Positions 8,905 to 18,032 of a stretch of 64,000 nt of DNA are shown one piece after another; within the stretch, counting starts at the first letter, position 1; every line of letters begins with the position of its first letter. A program made the translations under genes and the position numbers. The stretch lies in assembly GCA_964362125.1 (NCBI GenBank), contig CAYICS010000001.1:18052-82051 (forward strand), given 5' to 3'. The notes under the pieces are model-generated. The model worked only from the letters and a program-made list of their open reading frames with translations, was not told where the DNA came from and did no database searches. This stretch comes from an uncultured Candidatus Saccharibacteria bacterium (lineage in GTDB: Bacteria > Patescibacteriota > Minisyncoccia > UBA6257 > UBA11618).

Positions 8905-10322
8905 TCAAAAAAACCCTGACAATTTTTCTCCTGCTGACGATCTTGATTCCGGGAATCATCCGGCCTCACCCAGCCGAAGCTGGGCTGGATGATGTGGTGG
9001 AAAAACTGGCCAATGCCGCTGATGCCATCACCGGCGGCATGGGATTCTTTGTGGACTTTTTTGTGAAAACAGCGGTGGAGGTGGCTAAAAAACGGCTTTT
9101 AGATGCAGTCGTGGACCAAATTATTGTTTCGATTGAAGGCGGCGGCCAGCCAATGTTTGTTCAGGATTGGAAGGGCTTCTTGGAACAATATGTCAATGTC
9201 GCCACCGGCGATGTAGTAGAGGCCCTGGGTTTAGGGGCTGTCTGTCGGCCCTTCGGCATCCAACTCCAGCTGGCCTTGTTTCAACCACCCCGCTTCAGCA
9301 ACCAGATTACTTGTACCCTTGATCAAATTGTCGGCAACATCGTTAATTTCTATGAAGATTTCCGCCATGGCGGTTTCATCGCCTACCGCGAGATCTGGCA
9401 GCCGCAAAATAACTTCTACGGCGCCCTGCTGATGGCGATGAACGAAAAGAATAAAAGAATCTTTGCCAACATCTACGCCGCCACCCAAGAGGCGGCGGCC
9501 GGCAGTGGTTATCTGGGCATCAGAAAATGTGATGCCACTGGCCGCTTCTGCTACATCCAAACTCCCGGCACCCAAGTGGGCGCTCTATTGGCTAAGGCCT
9601 ATGGCTCTAAAATCGACTGGCTGATTAATACCCGCGACTTGGCTGGCTACACCGCGGCTGTGGCTGATGCCTTAATCATCCGCCTGACCCGCGAAGGCGT
9701 CTTCGCTCTGCGCAGTTACGCCCAAGACCTGCCTTCTTCTCAAGAAATCTACGCCCGGGCCACTGGAGAAATTCCTGACGACCGCGATCGCTGTGCCAAC
9801 TTAACCGGCACCTTCCTTGAAGACTGCCGTGCCGCCCAAATTATTGAAGAAGGTAATCTGCAAAGCAACCGACGCGCTCTCATTAACCAAATTAACCTCA
9901 CTCTCAGACCACTGCAGTCAGCTGAAGAAAGTTTGCGACAGTCTTTAGCTAAACAAGAAAGTCTGGTTAACGGCCTGACTGAATTAAGACAATGCCAACT
10001 GGGACGGGGCCAGCAGCGAGGCGATACAGAAACTGAACTGGAAACAGCCAACAATCAATTGGGCTCTATTACTCTGGAATTAAGTGATATCAACAGCATC
10101 ACTACCAGCATCTTGAACACCCGGCTGGAACTGGAAAACCCGCCCACCCCCAACCCCTATGTCTTAACTCAAATCTTCAGGCAAGCCGAACCCCTGCTTA
10201 ACCCGCCTGAAGCTAATCGTCTCAAAATTGATAAACAAGCCCAACTGACAACTATCACTGCTCAAGTTAACCCCCGTCTTCAGAAGATACCTGTAGAAAT
10301 ACAACGATGCGCCAACAACTAG
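8901..10322 (+). CDS. secreted hypothetical protein, T4SS-like cluster
   Basis: Signal peptide, paired Cys, C-terminal coiled coil; ATGA overlap. Confidence 0.8.
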   Translation: MIKKTLTIFLLLTILIPGIIRPHPAEAGLDDVVEKLANAADAITGGMGFFVDFFVKTAVEVAKKRLLDAVVDQIIVSIEGGGQPMFVQDWKGFLEQYVNVATGDVVEALGLGAVCRPFGIQLQLALFQPPRFSNQITCTLDQIVGNIVNFYEDFRHGGFIAYREIWQPQNNFYGALLMAMNEKNKRIFANIYAATQEAAAGSGYLGIRKCDATGRFCYIQTPGTQVGALLAKAYGSKIDWLINTRDLAGYTAAVADALIIRLTREGVFALRSYAQDLPSSQEIYARATGEIPDDRDRCANLTGTFLEDCRAAQIIEEGNLQSNRRALINQINLTLRPLQSAEESLRQSLAKQESLVNGLTELRQCQLGRGQQRGDTETELETANNQLGSITLELSDINSITTSILNTRLELENPPTPNPYVLTQIFRQAEPLLNPPEANRLKIDKQAQLTTITAQVNPRLQKIPVEIQRCANN

Positions 10323-13264
10323 TTTTCAGTTTAATATTGCTTTTACTGATACCCCTGACAGCCTTGGCCGCTCAAGACAGTGTGGCTAGTTTGGCCAGTG
10401 AAGCGGCCGGCGGCTTGATGGGTATTTTTGGCGGGCTGACACTGGAGATGCTGGAATTTATCCTCTCTTATGTCAATCTGGCCATCAGCTTTATTGGCGG
10501 AGCGGTCTTTGTCCTGGCCGGGCTGTTCATTCAAACAGCTCTCTTACTCAACGCCACCATCCTTGATAACGAATGGGTACTGGTCGGCTGGCGCATTGTC
10601 CGCGATCTGGCCAACCTTGGTTTTGTCATTGCCATCATCATTATTGCCTTTGCCACCATGCTTCAGTTGGAAAACTACGGAGCGAAAAAAATGTTGGTGA
10701 TATTAGTGATGGCGGCGGTCTTGATTAATTTCAGTTTGGCCATCGCCGGCGTCTTTATTGACTTCTCCAATGTCTTTACTGCCTTGTTTGTGAAAAAAGC
10801 CATCGGCGGCGGGTCGGCCGATGCCTTTTCTTTGGATAATCTCAATCGTTTTGCCGGCAATCTGGCCTATGCCTTCTCCCCCCAAAAACTGCTCGAGACC
10901 AATGATAATCCCGATATCTACAAATCTATTGGGACTTCAATGGCAGGGATGATATCGCTTTTTGCCTCAACCTTTTTTCTTTTTCTTTTTACCACCCTGG
11001 CCGCCTTGTCAATGCTGGCAATCGCTTTAATGCTGTTGGTGCGCTATGTCAATCTCAGCCTCCTGCTGATTCTTCTGCCCGGAGCGGTGCTGGCCCTGAC
11101 CCTGCCTAAAATGGAAAAGTACTGGAGTCTTTGGGTTAATAAATTCTTCAGTCAGATCATCTATCTCCCGGCAGCTACTTTCTTTATTTACCTGACTATT
11201 ATCTTTGTTGATCTTAAAGCCCAAGCGGAAAAATCAGGGATGGCGGCTGAGAGTCGCCAACATCTGGCTTTTCTGGTTGATCAGCAGAGCGGCAATGCTT
11301 TTTCTGGTTTTCTCGGCTTAATGGCCCAACCCTTTGCTCACATTGCCCAGATGATTGTGGTGATCTTTATCCTGACTTTGGGAATGAAAACAGCCGCGGC
11401 TGTTGGTGATGGCGGCGCCGCCGCTATTGTTGGTATGTTCAATACTGCCCGGGGCTGGGTGATGGGTCAGGTTAAGGGTCGGGCCAAACAAGCTGGCGGA
11501 CTGGCCGCCCGAGCGGCTCTGCGGACCGGCGGCCCGGAGAAAGGGCTGGGCGCCCGGATGACCAACTTGATGGCCCGCATTCCCGGCTTGCGCCGCCTAG
11601 CAGCGCCCTTACAAGGATTTATCTCCGGCTCTAAAGAAAATATTGATCGCTACGCTAAAGAATACGAACAAATGGGCAAGCAGGGCGCTCTTAATATTGC
11701 CCGCAGTCCGGGATTGTTGGGTGAACAGAATCCGGAGCGGCGAACGGCTCTGGCCCGGGTGATTGCTGAAAAAGGCTGGCTTAGTGAAGAAGGTGGTGGT
11801 AAAGGCCTAACTGCCAAAGAATTTGAGCCGTTCCTGACCACTGCTGAAAAATGGGGGGTGAAGAAAGAAGATTTGCTAAGAGTGGCTCCCCAGCTTTATT
11901 CAGCTTTTGGTTACAAATCTGATCCAGCTGAGCTGGATAAGCTGGTGGCTGAGCTTTATAGAACTGACGAAGATGTTGACAAGATTAGCGCCGGCGCTTT
12001 GGAGAACCTGGAAATTGTCAGTCGCCTCACATCTCAACAAACCAAGCGAATTATTCAGCGCGGCAGTTATGAAAAGAGACGGACTTTAATTAGAACCCTC
12101 AATCGGCTCGATGAGCCGCTAATGCCTGTGGAGATGAGCCGGAAACTAGCCATTATGGTTCAAGGATTCAAAAATCTGAGAACCACCCCTAACTTAAGCG
12201 GGATTAGAGAGGTGCCGGACTTGATTACCAAAGCTGAGGCAGCGGCAGGAGCGGTTTGGCCGGCAACGACAGCGGCAACTCCGCCGCCAACCCTGCCTCT
12301 GCCGCCGGCGCCGCCAGTTCCAACCAGACCAGATACCACGCCGGCGACGCCATTAGCCGGCTGGCCGGCTGGCAGGCCCACAGTCCTGCCTCAACCTGAA
12401 CCAACCCCACCAATCTTGCCTCTACCCCCAACCCCGCCGACTGCAGGCCCGGCGCCGACCCCCCCAGCTCCGCCAACACCACCTCTGCCGCCAATAGCGC
12501 CACCTCTACCACCGGCGCCAACGACGCCGCCAGCCCCTCCCAGCAGACCAATTCTATCAACACCTCCGGCTTCTCCTACTGCGCCGCCGGCAACACCACC
12601 CGGGCCTCCGGCACCGCCACTACCACCAACACCGCCAACACCAACACCACCAGCTCCAACTACTCCACCCACTCCACCGGTCCCGCCAGCTCCGCCTGCC
12701 TCTCCGACACCCTTAAGACCGCCTGCGCCCCCAACTCCACCGACTGCGCCGCCAGCTCCGCCAGTACCACCTACTGGGGGGCCGCCTACTCCTCCAACTC
12801 CGCCGGCTCCAGTAAGGCCGGGACCACCGGCTCCTCCACCAGCGCCGCCAACGCCAACGCCGCCGACACCACCACCCCCACCAGCGCCAATACCGCCGGC
12901 GCCGCCAGTTCCAACCAGACCAGATACCACGCCGGCGACGCCATTAGCCGGCTGGCCGGCTGGCAGGCCCACAGTCCTGCCTCAACCTGAACCAACCCCA
13001 CTCACTCCACCAACCCCACTCACTCCCCCGACTCCACCAGCTCCTCCTCCAGCAGTTAGGCCGGCCGCTACTCTTCAAGAACGAATTGAATATGCTCGCT
13101 GGAAAGTTAACGCCTCGCGTCAAGATCTAGAACACTTGCAAGAAACTGTGCCCAATCCCCAGCACACAGTCATTACCTCAGCCCGCCAAAACCTGCGCCG
13201 GGCAGAAAGAGAATTAGCCCGACTCCAACAACAAACCTCCCCTGATGGTTTACCAATCCAATGA
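10307..13264 (+). CDS. VirB6/TrbL-like polytopic membrane protein with long Pro-rich tail
   Basis: GWRIVRDLANLGF..LINFSL..IDFSN plus multiple TMs; Pro/Thr/Ala-rich region ~12250-13070. Confidence 0.75.
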   Translation: MRQQLVFSLILLLLIPLTALAAQDSVASLASEAAGGLMGIFGGLTLEMLEFILSYVNLAISFIGGAVFVLAGLFIQTALLLNATILDNEWVLVGWRIVRDLANLGFVIAIIIIAFATMLQLENYGAKKMLVILVMAAVLINFSLAIAGVFIDFSNVFTALFVKKAIGGGSADAFSLDNLNRFAGNLAYAFSPQKLLETNDNPDIYKSIGTSMAGMISLFASTFFLFLFTTLAALSMLAIALMLLVRYVNLSLLLILLPGAVLALTLPKMEKYWSLWVNKFFSQIIYLPAATFFIYLTIIFVDLKAQAEKSGMAAESRQHLAFLVDQQSGNAFSGFLGLMAQPFAHIAQMIVVIFILTLGMKTAAAVGDGGAAAIVGMFNTARGWVMGQVKGRAKQAGGLAARAALRTGGPEKGLGARMTNLMARIPGLRRLAAPLQGFISGSKENIDRYAKEYEQMGKQGALNIARSPGLLGEQNPERRTALARVIAEKGWLSEEGGGKGLTAKEFEPFLTTAEKWGVKKEDLLRVAPQLYSAFGYKSDPAELDKLVAELYRTDEDVDKISAGALENLEIVSRLTSQQTKRIIQRGSYEKRRTLIRTLNRLDEPLMPVEMSRKLAIMVQGFKNLRTTPNLSGIREVPDLITKAEAAAGAVWPATTAATPPPTLPLPPAPPVPTRPDTTPATPLAGWPAGRPTVLPQPEPTPPILPLPPTPPTAGPAPTPPAPPTPPLPPIAPPLPPAPTTPPAPPSRPILSTPPASPTAPPATPPGPPAPPLPPTPPTPTPPAPTTPPTPPVPPAPPASPTPLRPPAPPTPPTAPPAPPVPPTGGPPTPPTPPAPVRPGPPAPPPAPPTPTPPTPPPPPAPIPPAPPVPTRPDTTPATPLAGWPAGRPTVLPQPEPTPLTPPTPLTPPTPPAPPPAVRPAATLQERIEYARWKVNASRQDLEHLQETVPNPQHTVITSARQNLRRAERELARLQQQTSPDGLPIQ
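12302..13001 (+). repeat. 109-bp exact direct repeat (12302-12410 and 12893-13001)
   Basis: Both copies encode PPAPPVPTRPDTTPATPLAGWPAGRPTVLPQPEPTP. Confidence 0.95.
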
Positions 13265-13994
13265 TTACTCTGATTACTCTCCAAAAAAGCAAAAATCAAT
13301 GTTTGGGGGTGAGACCCCCAAACATTCATTCAAACAAATGATTGCTCAAGAGAAAGTAGAAAAACTTCATCTGGTCTTCAGCGCCCTCCCCCAAGAGGCG
13401 CAGGATTGGCTGGGCTCAGAAGAAGCGGCCCGGCTGACTGAAGAAATTAACAGCCGCCATGGCCTGACCAGCGGCCAGGAGTATCTGATCCCGGAATTAT
13501 TATTCCGCTTGGTCACTGATGATTTAGCGCCTTCAGAATTTACCGCTGCCCTAAAAGATGCGCTAAAACTCGACCTTGAAACCAGCCGGGTTGTCACCAA
13601 AGAAATCAGAGAGAAAATTCTTGAACCCATTGCCCAGCCGCTGGGAATTTTAGGCATTGACTTGGGGCAGATGGCTTATGTAAACCTGACCCCGCAACCT
13701 CCCACAGCACCCGCACCGAGCGCCCCACCCCCAACCATCAACCAACCTCCGTCATTTCCGCCCCCTGATCAACCATTCATTATCCACCAAGAAGGCGTGG
13801 TGGCGCCGATTGGACCAATCAGACCCATCAATCCCATTGGTCCAACGGGCCGGACACCGCCCGCCAATCCTCCTAAAGTTATTATTGAACGAGTGGTCCA
13901 TTACAATCCCCACCTCACGCCCCTCACCCGGATGCAACCCCAAATAAAGGTCGGAGGGAAAATAAAAGTTCCTAAGTCGAGATGGTTTGTTTAA
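13245..13994 (+). CDS. hypothetical protein, T4SS-like cluster
   Basis: Helical N-domain, Pro-rich linker, RVVHY motif; start uncertain. Confidence 0.75.
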   Translation: MVYQSNDYSDYSPKKQKSMFGGETPKHSFKQMIAQEKVEKLHLVFSALPQEAQDWLGSEEAARLTEEINSRHGLTSGQEYLIPELLFRLVTDDLAPSEFTAALKDALKLDLETSRVVTKEIREKILEPIAQPLGILGIDLGQMAYVNLTPQPPTAPAPSAPPPTINQPPSFPPPDQPFIIHQEGVVAPIGPIRPINPIGPTGRTPPANPPKVIIERVVHYNPHLTPLTRMQPQIKVGGKIKVPKSRWFV

Positions 13995-14010
13995 AAGCGA
14001 CACCAATGCG

Positions 14011-14063
14011 CACACGAATACACACGAATGACACGAAAATTTTCGTGTGTGCCCTTTCGTGTG
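14011..14063. repeat. inverted ACACGAA / TTCGTGT array
   Basis: ACACGAA x3 then TTCGTGT x2 in the intergenic gap. Confidence 0.8.
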
Positions 14064-14088
14064 GGCTTTAGCCGGGCTATTCGCATAC

Positions 14089-14553
14089 ATGCAGTACCAA
14101 GTTCCCCAATTTATCGATGTTGAAGAAAAAATTGTCGGCCCACTGACCCTGAAACAATTCTTCTACCTGGCCGGCGCCTTCCTCATTCTTTTCTTTCTTT
14201 TCTTCATCTTTAAATTATGGCTGTGGCTGATTTTGGCGGTGATTATCGGCGGCGGCGCCATCGCCTTGGCTTTTGTCAAATACAACGGCCGGCCGTTGAC
14301 GATCATGATCAGGGCGATGCTGAGCTATTTCTGGCGGCCCCGCCGTTACAGCTGGCAGACCACCGGGCGTCCTTTAGGCGGGAAATTGGGGGAATTGGAA
14401 CTACAGCTAAAAACTTCCACTCAACCCATTGCTAAAAGAGAGCGGGGGTGGCTGGGTCGGATTTTTGGCGGCGGCAAAGCCGAAGAAAAATTCGAAATTT
14501 TAAGAAAAATCAGCGGCGAAAAAGAAGTCGCCCGGAGAATAGATTACAGATAG
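14089..14553 (+). CDS. PrgI family protein
   Basis: MQYQVPQFIDVEEKIVGPLTLKQF, two TMs, NGRP. Confidence 0.9.
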   Translation: MQYQVPQFIDVEEKIVGPLTLKQFFYLAGAFLILFFLFFIFKLWLWLILAVIIGGGAIALAFVKYNGRPLTIMIRAMLSYFWRPRRYSWQTTGRPLGGKLGELELQLKTSTQPIAKRERGWLGRIFGGGKAEEKFEILRKISGEKEVARRIDYR

Positions 14554-14560
14554 ATGTACT

Positions 14561-14830
14561 AAGCCATAAGCCATAAGCCGTAAGCCATAAATCCTAAACT
14601 CTAAATCCTAAACAAATGACAATCATCCAAACTACAAATTCTAAACCCGAGTTTGGGATTTATGATTTAGATATTAGAATTTGTTTAGAGATTACCTGCC
14701 CGCCATCGGCCTGAGCCGAAGGCACTGGCAGGCGGGGAGATTAGAGCTTAGAGCTTTATAAATACCCTACCCCCTAAACGCTAAACCCTAAACGCTAAAC
14801 CCTAAACCCTAAACCCTAAACCACATACCC
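14561..14830. repeat. composite heptamer array (AAGCCAT, CTAAA-type, CCCTAAA) with a 42-bp hairpin insert at 14695-14736
   Basis: Tandem heptamers; inverted homolog of 7956-8104. Confidence 0.9.
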
Positions 14831-15445
14831 TTGACCAAAGAAACTTTACCCACTCAAGAGCTGATCCCAATTGAAGATATCAAAAACGATACCCTGATTT
14901 TAAACAATGGCGGCCTGCGGAAAATTCTGCTGGTCTCGGGAGTGAATTTAGAATTGAAGTCAGAACAGGAACAGGAACTGACGATTCTCACTTACCAGGA
15001 TTTGATTAACTCCCTTGATTTTCCTATCCAGCAGCTGATTCACACCCGGAAACTTAATATTGAAGACTACCTGCGGAAAATTGGTCTGCGTCAGCAAAAC
15101 GAAAAACAACCCCTCTTGAAAAATCTTATTGAAGACTACCAGAAATTTGTCGGTGATTTTGTCAGCCAAAATCCCATTATGACCAAAAGTTTTTTCCTGG
15201 TTGTCCCTCATCAACCCCTGGCCAGCTTAAAACAAACAGGGAGGGCAGTCCGGAAAGGAGTCCTCGGCATCTTCCGCCGCCAGCCAGGGACTTTGATTGA
15301 AGCCGCTGAAGAAGACTTCCGGCAATTAGAACAAAAAGTTGAAAAAATTATCAATAACTTGGCCCAGATCGGTCTGCGCGCCCTGCCCCTTAATCGCGAA
15401 GAAATTTCCGAACTGCTTTACAATCTCTATAACCCAACTAATTAA
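14831..15445 (+). CDS. TraC/VirB4-associated protein
   Basis: TQELIPIEDI, VSGVNLELKSEQEQ, SLDFPIQ, LYNLYNP; sits between PrgI and VirB4. Confidence 0.75.
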   Translation: MTKETLPTQELIPIEDIKNDTLILNNGGLRKILLVSGVNLELKSEQEQELTILTYQDLINSLDFPIQQLIHTRKLNIEDYLRKIGLRQQNEKQPLLKNLIEDYQKFVGDFVSQNPIMTKSFFLVVPHQPLASLKQTGRAVRKGVLGIFRRQPGTLIEAAEEDFRQLEQKVEKIINNLAQIGLRALPLNREEISELLYNLYNPTN

Positions 15446-15449
15446 ACCC

Positions 15450-17144
15450 ATGCCTGAACCACAACCCATTAAAGACATCATTGCTCCACCCGAGATTGTC
15501 ATCCAATCCAACCAACTGCAGGTAGGGAAGAAATTGGTGCGGACACTGTTCTTCTTTACTTATCCTCGTTATTTGGCAGCCGGCTGGTTTCTGCCTATCA
15601 TCAACGCTCCAGAATTGATGGATGTCGCCATCTACCTCCACCCCATTGATACCGCCACCGCTCTCAAGAACTTGCGGCGCAAGGCCGCCCACATTGAGGC
15701 CCAGGTTATTGAGCAGGAAGAAAAAGGACTGGTGCGCAGCCCGATGCTGGAAACCGCCCTGCGGGATGTCGAGAGTCTGCGGGACACCTTGCAACAGGCC
15801 ACGGAACATTTGTTTAATGTGGCTGTCTATATCAGTTTCTATGCTGATACAGCCGAAGAATTAGACAAAGTCGAGGCCCGGGTTACCAATCTCCTCGAAA
15901 GCAAGTTGGTGGTGGTAAAAAATGCCCTCTTCCAGGAGAAAGAGGCTTGGCAATCAGTCCTGCCCTTGGCCAACGACCAATTACTAATTCATCACCCGAT
16001 GAACTCCGGGCCGGCCTCCACTTTATTCCCCTTTGTCTCGGCTGATCTAACTGGCGCTGACGGCATCCTTTACGGCATCAACCGCCACAACAACACCCTG
16101 ATTATTTTCGACCGCTTCTCTTTGGAAAATGCCAATATGGTGATTTTTGCCAAATCCGGCGCTGGCAAATCTTACGCCACCAAACTGGAAGCCCTGCGCC
16201 AGTTAATGTTTGGCGTGGATATTCTCATCATCGACCCGGAGGATGAATACCAAAGTCTGGCTGAGGCGGTGGCTGGCAGTTATTTCAAAATTTCCCTGGC
16301 TTCCCAACACCACATTAATCCTTTTGATATTCCGGTTCTGCCTGAAGGCGAAGATCCGGGCGATATTTTAAAATCACATCTGGTCACTTTGGCTGGTCTG
16401 ATCAAAATAATGGTGGGCAAAGTCAAGCCTGAAGAAGAGGGGATTTTAGACCGGGCCCTGATTGAAACCTACGCTCTCCAAGACATTGTTCCGGGAAAAG
16501 ATTTTAGCCGCAAAGAAGCGCCCCGCCTTTCCCAACTCCAGTCAGTTTTGGAAAATATGGAAGGCGGAAAAAGCCTGTCCCAGCGCCTCTACCGCTTTAC
16601 CGAAGGCACCTATGCCGGCTTCACCAACCTCCCCACTAATGTCGATTTGAAAAATCGCTTTATTGTTTTTTCTATTCGCGATTTGGAAAACGAATTGCGG
16701 CCGATCGCTATGTACCTGATCACTCATTATATCTGGAATATTATTAAAGCTCAGCAGAAAAAACGGATTCTCATCATCGATGAGGCCTGGTGGCTGATGC
16801 AGTACCCCGATGGCGCCGCCTTCCTTTTTGGTTTGGTGAAACGGGCGCGTAAATATCTCTTGGGGGTGACCACCATCACCCAAGATGTTGAAGATTTCCT
16901 GCTCTCGGCCTATGGCCGGCCAATTATCACCAACTCTTCTCTGCAATTGTTATTGAAACACTCGCCGGCGATGATGGATGTGGTGGCTAAAACTTTCAAT
17001 CTCACTGAGGGGGAACGGAATTTCCTTTTGGAAACAGCTGTGGGGCAGGGCTTATTCTTCGCCGGCCTCCAGCATGCCGTCATCCAGGTGCTGGCCTCGC
17101 CTTTAGAAAATCAAATTATCACTAAAAAACAAACCAGCCCATGA
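15450..17144 (+). CDS. virB4: VirB4-like ATPase
   Basis: Walker A AKSGAGKS, IIDPEDEY, INPFD, DEAW, RARKY, TQDVEDF. Confidence 0.9.
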   Translation: MPEPQPIKDIIAPPEIVIQSNQLQVGKKLVRTLFFFTYPRYLAAGWFLPIINAPELMDVAIYLHPIDTATALKNLRRKAAHIEAQVIEQEEKGLVRSPMLETALRDVESLRDTLQQATEHLFNVAVYISFYADTAEELDKVEARVTNLLESKLVVVKNALFQEKEAWQSVLPLANDQLLIHHPMNSGPASTLFPFVSADLTGADGILYGINRHNNTLIIFDRFSLENANMVIFAKSGAGKSYATKLEALRQLMFGVDILIIDPEDEYQSLAEAVAGSYFKISLASQHHINPFDIPVLPEGEDPGDILKSHLVTLAGLIKIMVGKVKPEEEGILDRALIETYALQDIVPGKDFSRKEAPRLSQLQSVLENMEGGKSLSQRLYRFTEGTYAGFTNLPTNVDLKNRFIVFSIRDLENELRPIAMYLITHYIWNIIKAQQKKRILIIDEAWWLMQYPDGAAFLFGLVKRARKYLLGVTTITQDVEDFLLSAYGRPIITNSSLQLLLKHSPAMMDVVAKTFNLTEGERNFLLETAVGQGLFFAGLQHAVIQVLASPLENQIITKKQTSP

Positions 17145-17464
17145 GCAACAATAAAATTTCAGGAATTGAGGCCTTCTTCTTAATCAGTCTCTGCCTGATT
17201 TTTGACCTAATAGATTTAGTGGCCTTAGGCATTGATTTGATACCGGTGGTGGGATTGCCTATAGGAGAAAGTTTGAAATTTATCAATAACTTATTAATCT
17301 CGCTGACGGTGATTTTTTGGCTTACAATTAGAGGAGTTCGCTCTTATTGGTTTTGGGCCGGCAGTCTCGTGGAAACTATCCCGGGCATTAATAGTCTCCC
17401 CACCAGAACTATCACTGTGGTTATTACTCTCTATGCAAATAACAAAGAAGTGGCAACAACTTAG
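17141..17464 (+). CDS. small membrane protein, T4SS-like cluster
   Basis: Hydrophobic; ETIPGINSLPTRT motif. Confidence 0.75.
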   Translation: MSNNKISGIEAFFLISLCLIFDLIDLVALGIDLIPVVGLPIGESLKFINNLLISLTVIFWLTIRGVRSYWFWAGSLVETIPGINSLPTRTITVVITLYANNKEVATT

Positions 17465-18032
17465 TTTAGTTTCTCTTATGGCTTATGGCTTATGGCTTAT
17501 CTATGGCTTATGGCTTATAGCTTCTGCCGGCGAGCCGCCTGTCTTAATCCTCACCTGGCAGGCTGATAATTATGCTCCCAGCCCCTATCAAGGCAAAAAA
17601 CTGCCCAGCGCCGGCACCCCCATCAAGGTGGCTTTGCAAGTTTTTCAACATCGATTGGTCGGTGACATTACTAATAAAGAAATCCGCTGGTTTTTAAATA
17701 ATCAGCTGGCGGCCGCTGGCATTGGCCGCACCACTTTTACTTTCAATGCCCCCGGCTTAGGTGAAGACGGGGTGGTGGTCAGGGCTCAGGTGCGGGATTA
17801 CCACGGTCAGGAGGAAGATGGTTTTGCGGCTATTCCCATTGTCCAGCCTGAAGTGGTGATTGATCAATCGGCCCTACCCACCCTGCAGGGGCTTTTCTAC
17901 TTTTTTAACATCAACAGCGAAGCAGAACTGGAAACCAGCTGGCAGGACAATAATCATAACATCACTCTCAGAGCCCACCGTCGGACCAATCCCTTAGAGT
18001 CGGCCCAAGCCACCCTTTTGAAAAAACAATGA
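17433..18032 (+). CDS. exported hypothetical protein (beta-rich)
   Basis: LTWQADNYAPSPYQGKKLP; hydrophobic leader encoded by (ATGGCTT)n heptamers. Confidence 0.75.
   Translation: MQITKKWQQLSLVSLMAYGLWLIYGLWLIASAGEPPVLILTWQADNYAPSPYQGKKLPSAGTPIKVALQVFQHRLVGDITNKEIRWFLNNQLAAAGIGRTTFTFNAPGLGEDGVVVRAQVRDYHGQEEDGFAAIPIVQPEVVIDQSALPTLQGLFYFFNINSEAELETSWQDNNHNITLRAHRRTNPLESAQATLLKKQ

Noticed and set aside
12391-12972. Gly-rich minus-strand ORF
   Set aside because: Antisense shadow of the Pro-rich codons.
12302-13001. DGR template/variable repeat pair
   Set aside because: The two copies are identical, with no adenine-specific differences.
14761-14830. Plant-type telomere (TTTAGGG)n or eukaryotic contamination
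   Set aside because: Short, degenerate, embedded in bacterial operons, and only one of many heptamer types present.
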